Part shown: positions 38,245 to 47,629 of the stretch, in pieces
How the letters are laid out: every line of letters begins with the position of its first letter
How positions within the stretch are numbered: the first letter of the stretch is position 1
NCBI GenBank assembly: GCA_047617785.1
Contig: JBLGBK010000006.1
Coordinates: 1 to 47,983 of the forward strand
Reading direction: 5' to 3'
Source: Colwellia polaris
Lineage (GTDB): Archaea; Nanohalarchaeota; Nanosalinia; Nanosalinales; Nanosalinaceae
DNA: 47,983 bases
Notes under the pieces: generated by a model
Told to the model about the DNA's origin: nothing
The model's input: the letters and a program-made list of their open reading frames with translations, nothing else
Databases searched by the model: none
Program-made: the position numbers and the translations under genes

Positions 38245-40239
38245 ATGGAGTACGGGGAGGCAGTAAACGAATTTGAAGAATTGTTCTCTACACAGATGTA
38301 CGAAGAAGTAGCCCGAACTGTACAAGCAGGCGACGACTCAGTAGTTGTCAACTTCAAAGAAATGGATAAATTCAACCCCGAGCTCGCAGAATTCCTCAAA
38401 GAACATCCACAAGATGGTGTAAACGCTGCAGAAGAAGCAGTAGAAGGAGTAGACATCGTATCAGACGAAGAACTTAAAGTCCGGTTCAAAGAGATGCCGG
38501 AAGAAGACTTCGTATACCTGAAGAACCTTAGATCCAAGCACATAGGCAAGTTCGTACCGATCGAAGGAATGATCAAACGAGCAAGCCAGGTCAAACCAGA
38601 AGTTGTATCAGCAATATTTGAATGCAGTCAGTGCGGCGACAGATACGAGAAGGAGCAGGATTCAACAGAACTCAAATCACCATACAAATGCGACTGCGGA
38701 AGCCGAAAGTTCGATGTAGTCGAGAAAAAGATGACAGATACACAGACTATCACTGTAGAAGAAAATCCCGAAAGCCGAGAAGGAAGCGAACAACCATCCT
38801 CCCTATCAGTAAGACTTGAAGGAGACCTCGTAGACCCGGAATTCCAGAAACGAGTAGTGCCGGGAAACGTAGCACATATCACCGGGGTACTCAAAGAATC
38901 GCCAATCAAGAAGAACTCAAAGAAGTTCGACATCTACATGGACGCAAACTACCTCCAACCAGTACAGATGGAGTTCGAACAACTAGAACTTTCAGAAGAC
39001 GAAATAGAAGAAATAGAGTCCTTAGGAGCACAAGACGATATATTTGATCAGATTGTAGACTCGATCGCGCCGTCAATCTTTGGACACAAACAGGTAAAGA
39101 AGGCAATAGCACTACAGTTATTCGGAGGAGTCAAAAAAACGCGTGAAGACGGCGTCAAAAGCCGTGGAGATATACACATACTATTAATCGGAGAACCAGG
39201 AACAGGAAAATCACAACTCCTCAAATTCACAGGAGAACTCGCGCCAAAAGGACGCTACGTAGTAGGAAAGTCCTCATCCGGAGCAGGACTAACAGCCTCA
39301 GTAGTAAAAGAAGAAAGCACAGGAGAGTTCACACTGGAAGCAGGAGCAGTAGTTCTCGCACACAAAGGAATGGCTGCTATCGACGAAATCGACAAGATGG
39401 CGCCGGAAGACCGTTCTAGCCTACACGAAGCCATGGAACAGCAGCAGATCTCCGTATCCAAGGCAAACATCCAGGCAACACTAAACGCACAAACCTCTAT
39501 TCTTGCAGCCGGAAACCCAAAACTTGGACGTTTCGACCCATACGAGCCAATCGGCGAACAGATCAGCATTGGAGACACACTACTATCCCGTTTTGACTTC
39601 ATATTCCCTGTTAAGGACGAACCAGATCAGGATAGAGACCGTAAACTTTCGGGACAGATACTACAGAACCATCAGAGCCCAGAAGAGACAAAAGGGGCTA
39701 TAAGTCAAGAACAACTTAGAAGATACGTCGCATATGCCCAGAGGAACGTAAGACCAGATTTAACACAGGAAGCAGCAGACAGCATACAGGAGTTCTATAT
39801 TAACATGAGAAGTAAAGGCGGGGGAGAAGACGGAGGAAGTGTTCCGATTACCGCAAGACAGCTTGAAGCATTGATTCGTATTGCAGAAGCCTCTGCACGA
39901 GCAGAACTCAGATCCGAAGTAATAGAGAAAGATGCTCAGAGAGCTATAGAAATCCTGACCTACTGTCTAGAACAGGTAGGGGTCGACCCAGAAACAGGAG
40001 AATTCGATGTTGACATGATAGAATCTGGTGTTTCCAGCAGCCAGAGAAACCGTCTTCAGTCCATGAAGCAGATCATCGAGAAACTGGCTGAAGGAGATGA
40101 TGCAGCAGAGATAGAGGAAGTACTTGAAACTGCTGAGGAACAGGGGATCGAGCCGGATAAAGCAGAAGATATAATCGAGAGATTGAAGAGAGAAGGAGAA
40201 CTGTTCGAACCGAAACAGGGTCACATACAAAAAATATAG
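38245..40239 (+). CDS. mcm: MCM replicative helicase (no intein)
   Basis: Zn finger CSQC..CDC, GEPGTGKS, IDEIDKM, SRFD arginine finger, TARQLE, C-terminal wHTH. Confidence 0.98.
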   Translation: MEYGEAVNEFEELFSTQMYEEVARTVQAGDDSVVVNFKEMDKFNPELAEFLKEHPQDGVNAAEEAVEGVDIVSDEELKVRFKEMPEEDFVYLKNLRSKHIGKFVPIEGMIKRASQVKPEVVSAIFECSQCGDRYEKEQDSTELKSPYKCDCGSRKFDVVEKKMTDTQTITVEENPESREGSEQPSSLSVRLEGDLVDPEFQKRVVPGNVAHITGVLKESPIKKNSKKFDIYMDANYLQPVQMEFEQLELSEDEIEEIESLGAQDDIFDQIVDSIAPSIFGHKQVKKAIALQLFGGVKKTREDGVKSRGDIHILLIGEPGTGKSQLLKFTGELAPKGRYVVGKSSSGAGLTASVVKEESTGEFTLEAGAVVLAHKGMAAIDEIDKMAPEDRSSLHEAMEQQQISVSKANIQATLNAQTSILAAGNPKLGRFDPYEPIGEQISIGDTLLSRFDFIFPVKDEPDQDRDRKLSGQILQNHQSPEETKGAISQEQLRRYVAYAQRNVRPDLTQEAADSIQEFYINMRSKGGGEDGGSVPITARQLEALIRIAEASARAELRSEVIEKDAQRAIEILTYCLEQVGVDPETGEFDVDMIESGVSSSQRNRLQSMKQIIEKLAEGDDAAEIEEVLETAEEQGIEPDKAEDIIERLKREGELFEPKQGHIQKI

Positions 40240-40289
40240 TCTAAAAGATTTGATTCAAAAGAATACTTAGAAGAGGTAAAAATTATACT

Positions 40290-41033
40290 ATGCCACAGCA
40301 GAAAAGACAGACAGCGAAGCTGACAACAACAGAAGAAATAAATCAGGGCAAATACTTCCAGAGAGAAGGATTCGAGCCAAACTTCCTTCTAACACCGCAG
40401 GGAAGAAAGCTTTCACGAGCCCGGCTAGTAGCTACTGTCGTAGACATATTCGTAAACGAAGATGAAACCTACGGATCTATAACCGTAGATGACGGAAACG
40501 ATACTACTCAGATCAAGTTCTTCAACGAACTTGAACCAATTGACGAATTCGAAATCGGCGATATAATCGAAGTAGTTGGAAAAGTAAGAGAATATCAAGG
40601 GCAGAAATACCTCAACGGCGAGGTAATGGAAGAAGTAGAGCCAGAAAAAGAACTTCTCCACCAGCTCCGATACCAGAAAGAAATCGTAGAGTGGAGTCAG
40701 ATTAGAGAAACAGTTAAACAACTCGATGAATCCGGCAAAGAGCAGGAAGAAATCGAAGATGAAATGGCCGGCAAACTGGACGAAGGAGAAGTCGATGCAC
40801 TACTGCAGAGCTTTGGAGAAGACTTCGGACAACAAAAAACCGAAGCAGACGAAAGCCTAGAAAGAGACACGCTAGAAGCAATCGAAGAACTAGATGAAGG
40901 CGATGGAGCAGACTATGCAGAAATCGTCGAAAGCGTAGACGCACCAGAAGAACAACTCGAAAGTACGATCAACTCACTCCTCAGCGAAGGAACCTGCTAC
41001 GAACCACAACCAGGAAAGATAAAGAAGCTTTGA
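40290..41033 (+). CDS. RPA32/RPA2-like OB-fold protein with C-terminal wHTH
   Basis: SRARLVATVV, TVDDG, VVGKVREY, LLSEGTCYEPQPG; adjacent to mcm. Confidence 0.8.
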   Translation: MPQQKRQTAKLTTTEEINQGKYFQREGFEPNFLLTPQGRKLSRARLVATVVDIFVNEDETYGSITVDDGNDTTQIKFFNELEPIDEFEIGDIIEVVGKVREYQGQKYLNGEVMEEVEPEKELLHQLRYQKEIVEWSQIRETVKQLDESGKEQEEIEDEMAGKLDEGEVDALLQSFGEDFGQQKTEADESLERDTLEAIEELDEGDGADYAEIVESVDAPEEQLESTINSLLSEGTCYEPQPGKIKKL

Positions 41034-41049
41034 GGTGAACAAATAAACT

Positions 41050-41448
41050 ATGACAGACTACGATGAACTCTTAGGTAAGGCGCAGGATGAAGTTCCTGAA
41101 GAGATGGGTACAGGCGAGCGATTTGAACTGCCTGAACTTGATACGCGTAAAGATGGATCTAAAACAGTTATAGAGGATTTCTCCAAGATTGCTGATAAGC
41201 TTGGGCGTGAGGAAAAACACTTTTCGAAGTATATGCAGAACGAAGTCGGTACAGCAGGTCACATCGATAATGGCGAGCTTATTCTGAACGGCGAGTTCCG
41301 GCGTGGGAAGCTTCAGTCTAAGCTGGAGAGCTATGCTGAGAAGTTTGTCTACTGTCCTGAATGTGGACGTCCTGATACAGAGATTGTCAAGGAAAAGGGA
41401 GTAGAGCTTCTGAAATGTCAGGCATGTGGGGCCAGAAACCCGCTGTAA
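41050..41448 (+). CDS. eif2b: Translation initiation factor 2 subunit beta
   Basis: YDELL, ERFELP, CPECGRPDT, LKCQACGA. Confidence 0.96.
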   Translation: MTDYDELLGKAQDEVPEEMGTGERFELPELDTRKDGSKTVIEDFSKIADKLGREEKHFSKYMQNEVGTAGHIDNGELILNGEFRRGKLQSKLESYAEKFVYCPECGRPDTEIVKEKGVELLKCQACGARNPL

Positions 41449-41515
41449 CATTTATCCCTTCTTATTAAAAGATTACGGAAGCCATTCAGTTCTTACTAAC
41501 GAGGTAATCATTACA

Positions 41516-41737
41516 ATGCCAGAACAACCTAACGACGTTTCTCCACAGCAAGCTATGCAGATGATGCAGCAAAAACTAGGTAACCTAGAACTTACTGTAC
41601 ACGCACTGCTAGCTGTTCTAGAGGAGAAAGACATGGTAGACCAGGACAACATCAACGAGAAAGCACAAGAGATCGTTGATGACATGCAGCAACAGCAAGC
41701 TGAAGGACAGGGCCACGAAGGTCACGACCACGAATAA
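41516..41737 (+). CDS. Small Gln-rich acidic hypothetical protein with His-rich tail
   Basis: ATG 41516 after a GAGGT SD; ends GHEGHDHE. Confidence 0.65.
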   Translation: MPEQPNDVSPQQAMQMMQQKLGNLELTVHALLAVLEEKDMVDQDNINEKAQEIVDDMQQQQAEGQGHEGHDHE

Positions 41738-41745
41738 ACTCTTTT

Positions 41746-41770
41746 GAGGTTGAACACTCAACCTCTCTTT
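41746..41770. terminator. Perfect 8-bp hairpin plus pyrimidine tract between convergent genes
   Basis: GAGGTTGA-ACAC-TCAACCTC followed by TCTTTT. Confidence 0.55.
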
Positions 41771-41795
41771 TCTCATTAATTTATCTATTTTCTAT

Positions 41796-42503
41796 TTAAC
41801 CGAAGACTTCTTCCGCATCACGATTTTTCTGAACAACTTCCTGCCAGTAAATACATCTATCGGCAAGAGGGCCTTCGCCACAAGTAGGGTTACGAGCCTT
41901 ACAGTGCTCACGCCCATGCTTGATCAGTAAACGATGGAACCCATACTTGATATCATCAGGAACTTTCTCATCCAGAATCTTGTGCGCCTTTTTCCGCGAA
42001 GCATTCTTCGGAATTAAACCAAGACGTTTAGAAAGCCTGTGAACGTGTGTATCAACGGGTATTACCGGCTTCTTGAAATGGAAGCATAGAATGATTGCGG
42101 CTGTCTTCGGACCGATACCAGGGATATCTTCCAACCAGTCCTTAGCCTCTTCAACACTCATATGTTCTATGAAGTTAAGATTGTATTCGCCGCCGGTTTC
42201 CTCACGGATGATACGCAGTGAGTTCTGGATCCTGTTAGCTTTGGTAGGTCCGAGCCCGGCGACCCGGATGGTCTCAGTTAAATCTTCAACGTCATCTTTT
42301 TCTACTTCTTCCCATGAATCATACTTTTCCTGAAGGCTCTGGAATGCCTTGTCTCTGTTAATATCGTTAGTATTTTGAGAAAGAATAGTTTCAACAAGAT
42401 ACTCTACGCCTGTTAATTCCGGAGGTTCAGGTGCTTCTCCGTAGAAATCCTTTAGCTCTTGGTAGATATCGCGTATTTTCTGCTCTTCGTCTTTTGAACT
42501 CAT
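41796..42503 (-). CDS. nth: Endonuclease III-family DNA glycosylase (HhH-GPD)
   Basis: ILSQNTND, HhH IPGIGPKTA, PVDTHVHR; ATG 42503. Confidence 0.93.
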   Translation of the reverse strand: MSSKDEEQKIRDIYQELKDFYGEAPEPPELTGVEYLVETILSQNTNDINRDKAFQSLQEKYDSWEEVEKDDVEDLTETIRVAGLGPTKANRIQNSLRIIREETGGEYNLNFIEHMSVEEAKDWLEDIPGIGPKTAAIILCFHFKKPVIPVDTHVHRLSKRLGLIPKNASRKKAHKILDEKVPDDIKYGFHRLLIKHGREHCKARNPTCGEGPLADRCIYWQEVVQKNRDAEEVFG

Positions 42504-42510
42504 TACATCT

Positions 42511-43377
42511 TTATTGACTCGTAAGGAGCTTTTTGAATCTGAACTGGTACAGTGCATTCACTGTTTTCTGATTATCGTCAAAACCGCCGAGATACTCGCC
42601 TCGTTCAATCTCCTTGCAAATTCTTTTCTCACCGACTAGATAAACATTCTCAGGCTCCAGTTCTTCAATCTTCTCTTCAACTAGCTCTCGGAAGCCTTCA
42701 ATTTGCTGCTTGCGTTTCCTCTCAAAACGTCCTTGGCTGAAACCTCCCTTACCATGCTTCTTCTCAATACGATTCTTCAGTTCTTCAATCTGGTTTACAT
42801 CCCCGTTACTCTCGTCGTAGAAATGTGCTTCACCTGCTGAAACAGTAATCCAGGTCTTTTCTTCCTGAATAAAATCTCTCAACTGGCTAAGATCAAATTC
42901 TTCACTACTACCTGCTTCTTCGCTATAGAACGGCCGTGTACGGATCAGATAGTCGAAGAGTCCGTTGTCGGTGAAGAGAATAAAATCGTCATACCGATTT
43001 ACTTCTTCCAGGACTTTTTTGCTTACAAGATTATCTTCAGATACTCCGCCGTGGCTGTAAACGGTTACAAGTTCTTCGCCTTCAATGCTATCTAATTTTT
43101 CTACTAGTTCTTCTGCTTTACTGAACCCTAGTTTTCTGAAACTGGTTTTTTCCTCTTTTTGTTCTTCTGATTGCTCTTTCTCTGATTCGAGTTTGTCTTT
43201 CAAACGGTTGAGCTTTTCTTCTGCTTCCTGTTTCTCTTTGGCTAGTTTTCTTCTTTTTTCATCGCTGCTTTCCAGCTGTTTGCTGAGGCTTTCCTTTTCT
43301 TCCTCTAACTTCTGGATTTTTTCTTCCTTTTGTTCTATCTCTTCTTTCAGTTCCTCCGTCTTGTTGCTGAAGAACAT
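42511..43377 (-). CDS. Archaeal Vms1-like release factor (aVLRF1) with N-terminal coiled coil
   Basis: KKHGKGGFSQGRFERKR catalytic loop; ATG 43377. Confidence 0.85.
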   Translation of the reverse strand: MFFSNKTEELKEEIEQKEEKIQKLEEEKESLSKQLESSDEKRRKLAKEKQEAEEKLNRLKDKLESEKEQSEEQKEEKTSFRKLGFSKAEELVEKLDSIEGEELVTVYSHGGVSEDNLVSKKVLEEVNRYDDFILFTDNGLFDYLIRTRPFYSEEAGSSEEFDLSQLRDFIQEEKTWITVSAGEAHFYDESNGDVNQIEELKNRIEKKHGKGGFSQGRFERKRKQQIEGFRELVEEKIEELEPENVYLVGEKRICKEIERGEYLGGFDDNQKTVNALYQFRFKKLLTSQ

Positions 43378-43478
43378 AGGTCTACATGGTGCTTGGAGTG
43401 TCAAAAAGCCTGCTGTTACCCTGTAAGGAAAACCCTTTTAAATTTGACAAGACTAACGGTAGTTAAGTGGTAAGATCA

Positions 43479-43781
43479 ATGCCAGAACTAACAGTTGAGG
43501 AACTTGACGCCGAATCTGATGATGTCGAAATCACAGGAACAATCAAAAGACTGCCAACACCAAGAGCAGTCTCCACACAGTATGGACAGAAACGAATCAC
43601 CACAGTAGTATTCGAGGACGAAACAGGAACTATCGACCTCACACTATGGGAAGAAGAGATCGACGCAATTGAAGAAGGAGCAGATGTCCAGATCGAAGGA
43701 GCGTATGTCCGCGAATGGGCTGACGACATACAGCTTAACATCGGTAGAGACGGCTCCATCGAAACAGTAGAGGAAGAATAA
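43479..43781 (+). CDS. Single OB-fold ssDNA-binding protein
   Basis: DETGTIDLTLW, IEGAYVREW, LNIGRDG. Confidence 0.9.
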   Translation: MPELTVEELDAESDDVEITGTIKRLPTPRAVSTQYGQKRITTVVFEDETGTIDLTLWEEEIDAIEEGADVQIEGAYVREWADDIQLNIGRDGSIETVEEE

Positions 43782-43886
43782 GCTTTTTTCTTCCAGTAAC
43801 CAATACAACCTATTTCTCTCTTTCACTTTTCCAATAATTCTATAAAAACCCGTTAATTTTTGAAACTCGGTTCCTAAACGCTTGAT

Positions 43887-44663
43887 ATGTCAGAAGAGTC
43901 TGAAAGCGCAGTATTTGGATATGGAAGTCTGATACTACCGACTTCTTTGGTAGGTCGTTTCGTTGATTTAGAAGAGGGAGTAGACTCGATTTATGAAGAA
44001 GGGCTAGGGCTTGAAGACGATGGTCTGATAAGAGAAGAAGCTGAGGAAGCTTGGGACGAATTGAAGAACGATCTAGAGATTTTACCTGTTAAGATATCGG
44101 GATTTCGTAGAAGTTATTCATATGAGTCGCCTCGCGGAGGAGCTATGTTAGGGGCGGAACCACTTCTCAATGAAGATGATTACAATGAACCTATTGATTA
44201 TGAAGATGGAGAATATATTAACGGTTTAGTTGTTCTAGGGTTAGATGAGGATGAGAGAGATGAAATAGCATCAACTGAAGATGGCTACAAGAGAATAGAT
44301 GTCCACAGGGACAATATTGAGCATTATCTTGATGATAAGGCGCTTGAAGAGGTAGGGGCAGAAATACCTGAGCATATCGAAGTGTATGTGGGAGAAGAAA
44401 GTACGGAGAAGTTTGATAAGACAACGTCAAGAACTAGGAATAAGACGTATCATGCGAGAGTGTTAAAAGGTATAGAGATGCTGGGAGATCTTTTTGGAGA
44501 GGATGTAGCTAATGAGTTCTATAAAGATTTTCTAGAAACGACCTATGAGAGAAAAATGCTAACTAATGATGAATGGGGAACAGTCTATGAGAATGATGAA
44601 ATTGATATCGAGGAATCTCTAGAATACCTTTTCGATGAAGTTTTGAACGAGGACTATGACTGA
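43887..44663 (+). CDS. Gamma-glutamylcyclotransferase-like (GGCT/AIG2/ChaC fold) protein
   Basis: N-terminal VFGYGSL, ISGFRRSY, INGLV, E-x-GY. Confidence 0.7.
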   Translation: MSEESESAVFGYGSLILPTSLVGRFVDLEEGVDSIYEEGLGLEDDGLIREEAEEAWDELKNDLEILPVKISGFRRSYSYESPRGGAMLGAEPLLNEDDYNEPIDYEDGEYINGLVVLGLDEDERDEIASTEDGYKRIDVHRDNIEHYLDDKALEEVGAEIPEHIEVYVGEESTEKFDKTTSRTRNKTYHARVLKGIEMLGDLFGEDVANEFYKDFLETTYERKMLTNDEWGTVYENDEIDIEESLEYLFDEVLNEDYD

Positions 44664-44983
44664 ACAAGGCTTTCTTGGATATGGACGTTTGATTTCGCCC
44701 TCAGTAGTAGGTAGTTAAACTAGAAAAAGATCAAATTGAACTCTATGATCAAGTTGAGAAAGACCGTTCAGAGGAATTAACTGTTTTCGCCGAACAGGAA
44801 GGTGCCGACAAGTTCAATGAAGACCTATCCAATCTGGAGAGCAATAAAGTATACAATAAAACTATTCTTGCAGGTATAGATCTTCTTGGAGAATTATACG
44901 GCGAAGAATTTACTGAAGAATTCAGGAGCAACTACTTCCGAACAACCACTTACCAAGGAACACCGCTATCAGAGCTTCGTTAA
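44656..44983 (+). pseudogene. Internally deleted, frameshifted tandem paralog of the GGCT-like gene
   Basis: MTEQGFLGYGRLISPSVVGS* matches the neighbour's N-terminus; from 44714 in another frame KDQIELY...NKVYNKTILAGIDLLGELYGEEFTEEF...TTY matches its C-terminus. Confidence 0.8.
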
Positions 44984-45036
44984 TTGAAGTGTCGAACGGT
45001 TTTAACAAGATTGCCGTAGTATAATCCAACATACAG

Positions 45037-46122
45037 ATGGGAATCGACGACCGTATCCAACAACTGGAAGAGAAACTTGAGAAGACACCGGTCAACAAAG
45101 CCACAGAGAAAGAAAGAGGCCGTTTGAAAAGCCAGATCGCACAGCTTAAGGAAGAGAAACAGCAGAAACAGAAAAGCACCGGCGATACCTCAGGATACGC
45201 AGTAGAAAAGAAAGGAGATGCAACGGTAGCTCTAGTTGGATTCCCCTCAGTAGGAAAATCAACACTTCTCAACAACTTAACAAACGCAGAAGTAGACACA
45301 GGAGCATACGAATTCACAACGCTAGACGTCCACCCTGGAATGCTCAAATACAAAGGAGCGAACATTCAGATAATGGATGTACCAGGGCTGATCGGAGGAG
45401 CAGCAGATGGAAGAGGAGACGGAACCCAGGTCCTCTCAGTTGTACGAAACGCTGACCTCGTACTTTATGTGCTTGATCCTGAAGAGATGCGTGTAGATAC
45501 TATCAAACAGGAGATCTATAACGCAGGAATACGAACAAATACTACGCCACCAGACGTGAAGATTGAGAAAAAGGATCGAGGTGCAATCAACATCTCTAGC
45601 ACAGTTGATCTCTCTGTACAGGATGAAACAATTAAGCAGGTAATGCGAGATAATGGCTACATCAATGCAGAAGTTATTATACGTGAAGATGTAGATATTG
45701 ACGGCTTTATTGACGTTATGAACAGCAATAGAGTTTACATGCCGGCAGTTACTGTGGTAAACAAGGCGGATATGCTGAGCGAACAGGAGAAGCAGGAACT
45801 TGATGCTGACATCGATTTGTTTATCTCGGCTGAAGAGGAGATCAACCTTAACGAATTACGCGAAATGATATTTGACAAGCTGGGTCTTATCCGGATCTAC
45901 ATGAAGGAGAAAGGCGAAGAAGCCGATAAGGATGAGCCTTTGATCCTGCGTGAAGGTGATACTGTGGAGGAGGCTCTAGACACACTTCCCGGCGATATGA
46001 GAGATCGTTTCAAGAAGGCGAAAGTGACGGGAACAAGCTCCAAGTTTCCGAATCAGAAGGTCGGAATGGAGCATCAACTCGAGGACGAAGACATACTCGA
46101 ATTAAATCTAAGACATATCTAA
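45037..46122 (+). CDS. drg: DRG/OBG-family GTPase with TGS domain
   Basis: NKATE, GFPSVGKS, YEFTTL, DVPG, NKAD, QKVGMEHQLEDEDI. Confidence 0.95.
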   Translation: MGIDDRIQQLEEKLEKTPVNKATEKERGRLKSQIAQLKEEKQQKQKSTGDTSGYAVEKKGDATVALVGFPSVGKSTLLNNLTNAEVDTGAYEFTTLDVHPGMLKYKGANIQIMDVPGLIGGAADGRGDGTQVLSVVRNADLVLYVLDPEEMRVDTIKQEIYNAGIRTNTTPPDVKIEKKDRGAINISSTVDLSVQDETIKQVMRDNGYINAEVIIREDVDIDGFIDVMNSNRVYMPAVTVVNKADMLSEQEKQELDADIDLFISAEEEINLNELREMIFDKLGLIRIYMKEKGEEADKDEPLILREGDTVEEALDTLPGDMRDRFKKAKVTGTSSKFPNQKVGMEHQLEDEDILELNLRHI

Positions 46123-46419
46123 TCCGATTTCAAGACCCAAGTCATTGAGTTAAGATTCTCATATCCATTTTTCTCTACAATTATCATATCTTCTATTCTC
46201 ACTCTCTTGATCTACTTTTGCCTCTTTCTATGCTCTTGATAGCTCCAAGGGCGGCACCATAATTATGCTTTCTTCATCTCTCCTCAAGTACGTGTAAGGA
46301 TCTGATGCTTCGAAACCTGTTAAGTAGTACATATTAGAATTCGCGGAGGTATATTTAATCAAAAATTCGTCAAAGTCTTTTGACTGCAGAAAGTTATCTA
46401 GAAAAGATTCGCGTGGCAT
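46119..46419 (-). pseudogene. Internally deleted Xaa-Pro aminopeptidase (M24) pseudogene
   Basis: N-domain NSNMYYLTGF..DPY...ELSRA* (premature TAG, then KEAKVD); in another frame the M24 C-terminal motif VRIEDMIIVEKNGYENLN; catalytic core missing. Confidence 0.8.
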
Positions 46420-46548
46420 AAAAACCTACTATAACTAGGACTAAAAAATTCTGGTCAATTGCCTGTAAAGCCTTGAGATATATGCATATGCAATTCTAAA
46501 CGATTAGAACGGTTTAAAAGGTCAACCCTTTATAAGATTACAGGACAA

Positions 46549-46717
46549 CTTGTTCCTTGATGGCAACCGACTTCTCGGATGATACCGGTCATCAGATTCC
46601 GGTGGATTTCGAACAAGGGAGGCTACCAGGACGCATTTTCAGTTACTTCAGAAACCTGGTAAGGGGCTAGAAAAAATCTAAACCAAATTACATTGTTCGT
46701 AATACGGCCCATCACCA
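46549..46717 (+). ncRNA. Unassigned structured ncRNA candidate
   Basis: Multiple helices (TGATGG/CCATCA, CCGA/TCGG, ACCGG/CCGGT, TACCAGG/CCTGGTA, ATTAC/GTAAT, CTTGTTC/GAACAAG); upstream TATA-like boxes; downstream T-tract; strand not certain. Confidence 0.5.
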
Positions 46718-46827
46718 ATCTATTTTCTTTTATTAATCTGAGAAACTGCGTATTGATGACTTATATCTATTCTATGTAGATAAATTGGTTATAGAAAAAA
46801 TTGATGAGAAAAAGGTTTGTAGAATCG

Positions 46828-47202
46828 TTATTCTACAGGCTTGGCGTTGATAACTCCGTCTTGACCGGGTCGGGAAGTAATCTTTGCCTTTCCTTCAGAA
46901 GTCTCTATAACTGTACCTTTAGTTAGTAGGCTTCTTCGAACGAAGTTCGGATTAGCTGGATTCTCTAAAACTGACTTGATCTCTACTTCCTTGACTTCTC
47001 CATCTTCAGCCAAGTTAGCTGTCTCTGCTTTCCGGACAACACTCTTCTGGTTGCCGCCTCTAGTATCTTTAGAAACTACTTTCTTTTCGCCCAGTTCAGG
47101 TTCTGAGAACTCTGAACCTAGATCATATTTTCTGCTTTTCCTGTAACTGCGGGTTTTACCTCCGCTCTTCTTGGTCTCAGATCTTTTCTGCCAAACTGCC
47201 AT
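46828..47202 (-). CDS. rps8e: 30S ribosomal protein S8e
   Basis: TRGGN, ENPANPNFVRRSLLTKG, TSRPGQDGVINA. Confidence 0.97.
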   Translation of the reverse strand: MAVWQKRSETKKSGGKTRSYRKSRKYDLGSEFSEPELGEKKVVSKDTRGGNQKSVVRKAETANLAEDGEVKEVEIKSVLENPANPNFVRRSLLTKGTVIETSEGKAKITSRPGQDGVINAKPVE

Positions 47203-47381
47203 AATAACTCTTATTTAACACGTGAAATCTTATAAAGCCAAAATCTTGTAGTTTGGTGAGTCGCTAGTATGTATGATGTGGTGCAGTATATTTTGATCTA
47301 AAAACCGTTTTAACCAGTCAATCTGGAAAGTGTTTAAATAACTTGTAGGTTCATTCCATTCTACAGGTGTAACTACCACAA

Positions 47382-47621
47382 ATGGCAAATAACAGTAAAA
47401 GACCGTTCGACGTACTAGATCAGTCAAAAGGAGAAAATGTACTAATTGATTTGAAGAAATTCGGAGATGAAGAAGCAACAGTTTCAGGAGAACTACAAGC
47501 ATTCGATAAACACCTGAATGTATGGCTAGAAAACGCTTCAGTAAAAACAGAAGACGGTACAACACAGTACGGGAAGCTCTTCGTACGAGGAGACAACGTA
47601 CTATTCGTAAGCCCAGAGTGA
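47382..47621 (+). CDS. Sm-like archaeal protein (Lsm/SmAP1)
   Basis: RPFDVL, Sm1 GELQAFDKHLNVWL, Sm2 VRGDNV; conserved linkage to rpl37e. Confidence 0.95.
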   Translation: MANNSKRPFDVLDQSKGENVLIDLKKFGDEEATVSGELQAFDKHLNVWLENASVKTEDGTTQYGKLFVRGDNVLFVSPE

Positions 47622-47629
47622 TTTAATCA

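Noticed and set aside
16089-40239. Inteins in AtpA, TFB, DNA ligase or MCM
   Set aside because: Lengths are normal and the usual insertion-site motifs are contiguous.
46585-46612. Hammerhead ribozyme on the minus strand (GAAA ... CTGATGA)
   Set aside because: Only 11 nt separate GAAA and CUGAUGA, too short for stems III and I, and no GAAA follows a stem II.
46549-46717. Assigning the structured RNA as SRP RNA, RNase P RNA, 5S rRNA or fluoride riboswitch
   Set aside because: Diagnostic conserved motifs or spacings are not present, so it was left unassigned.
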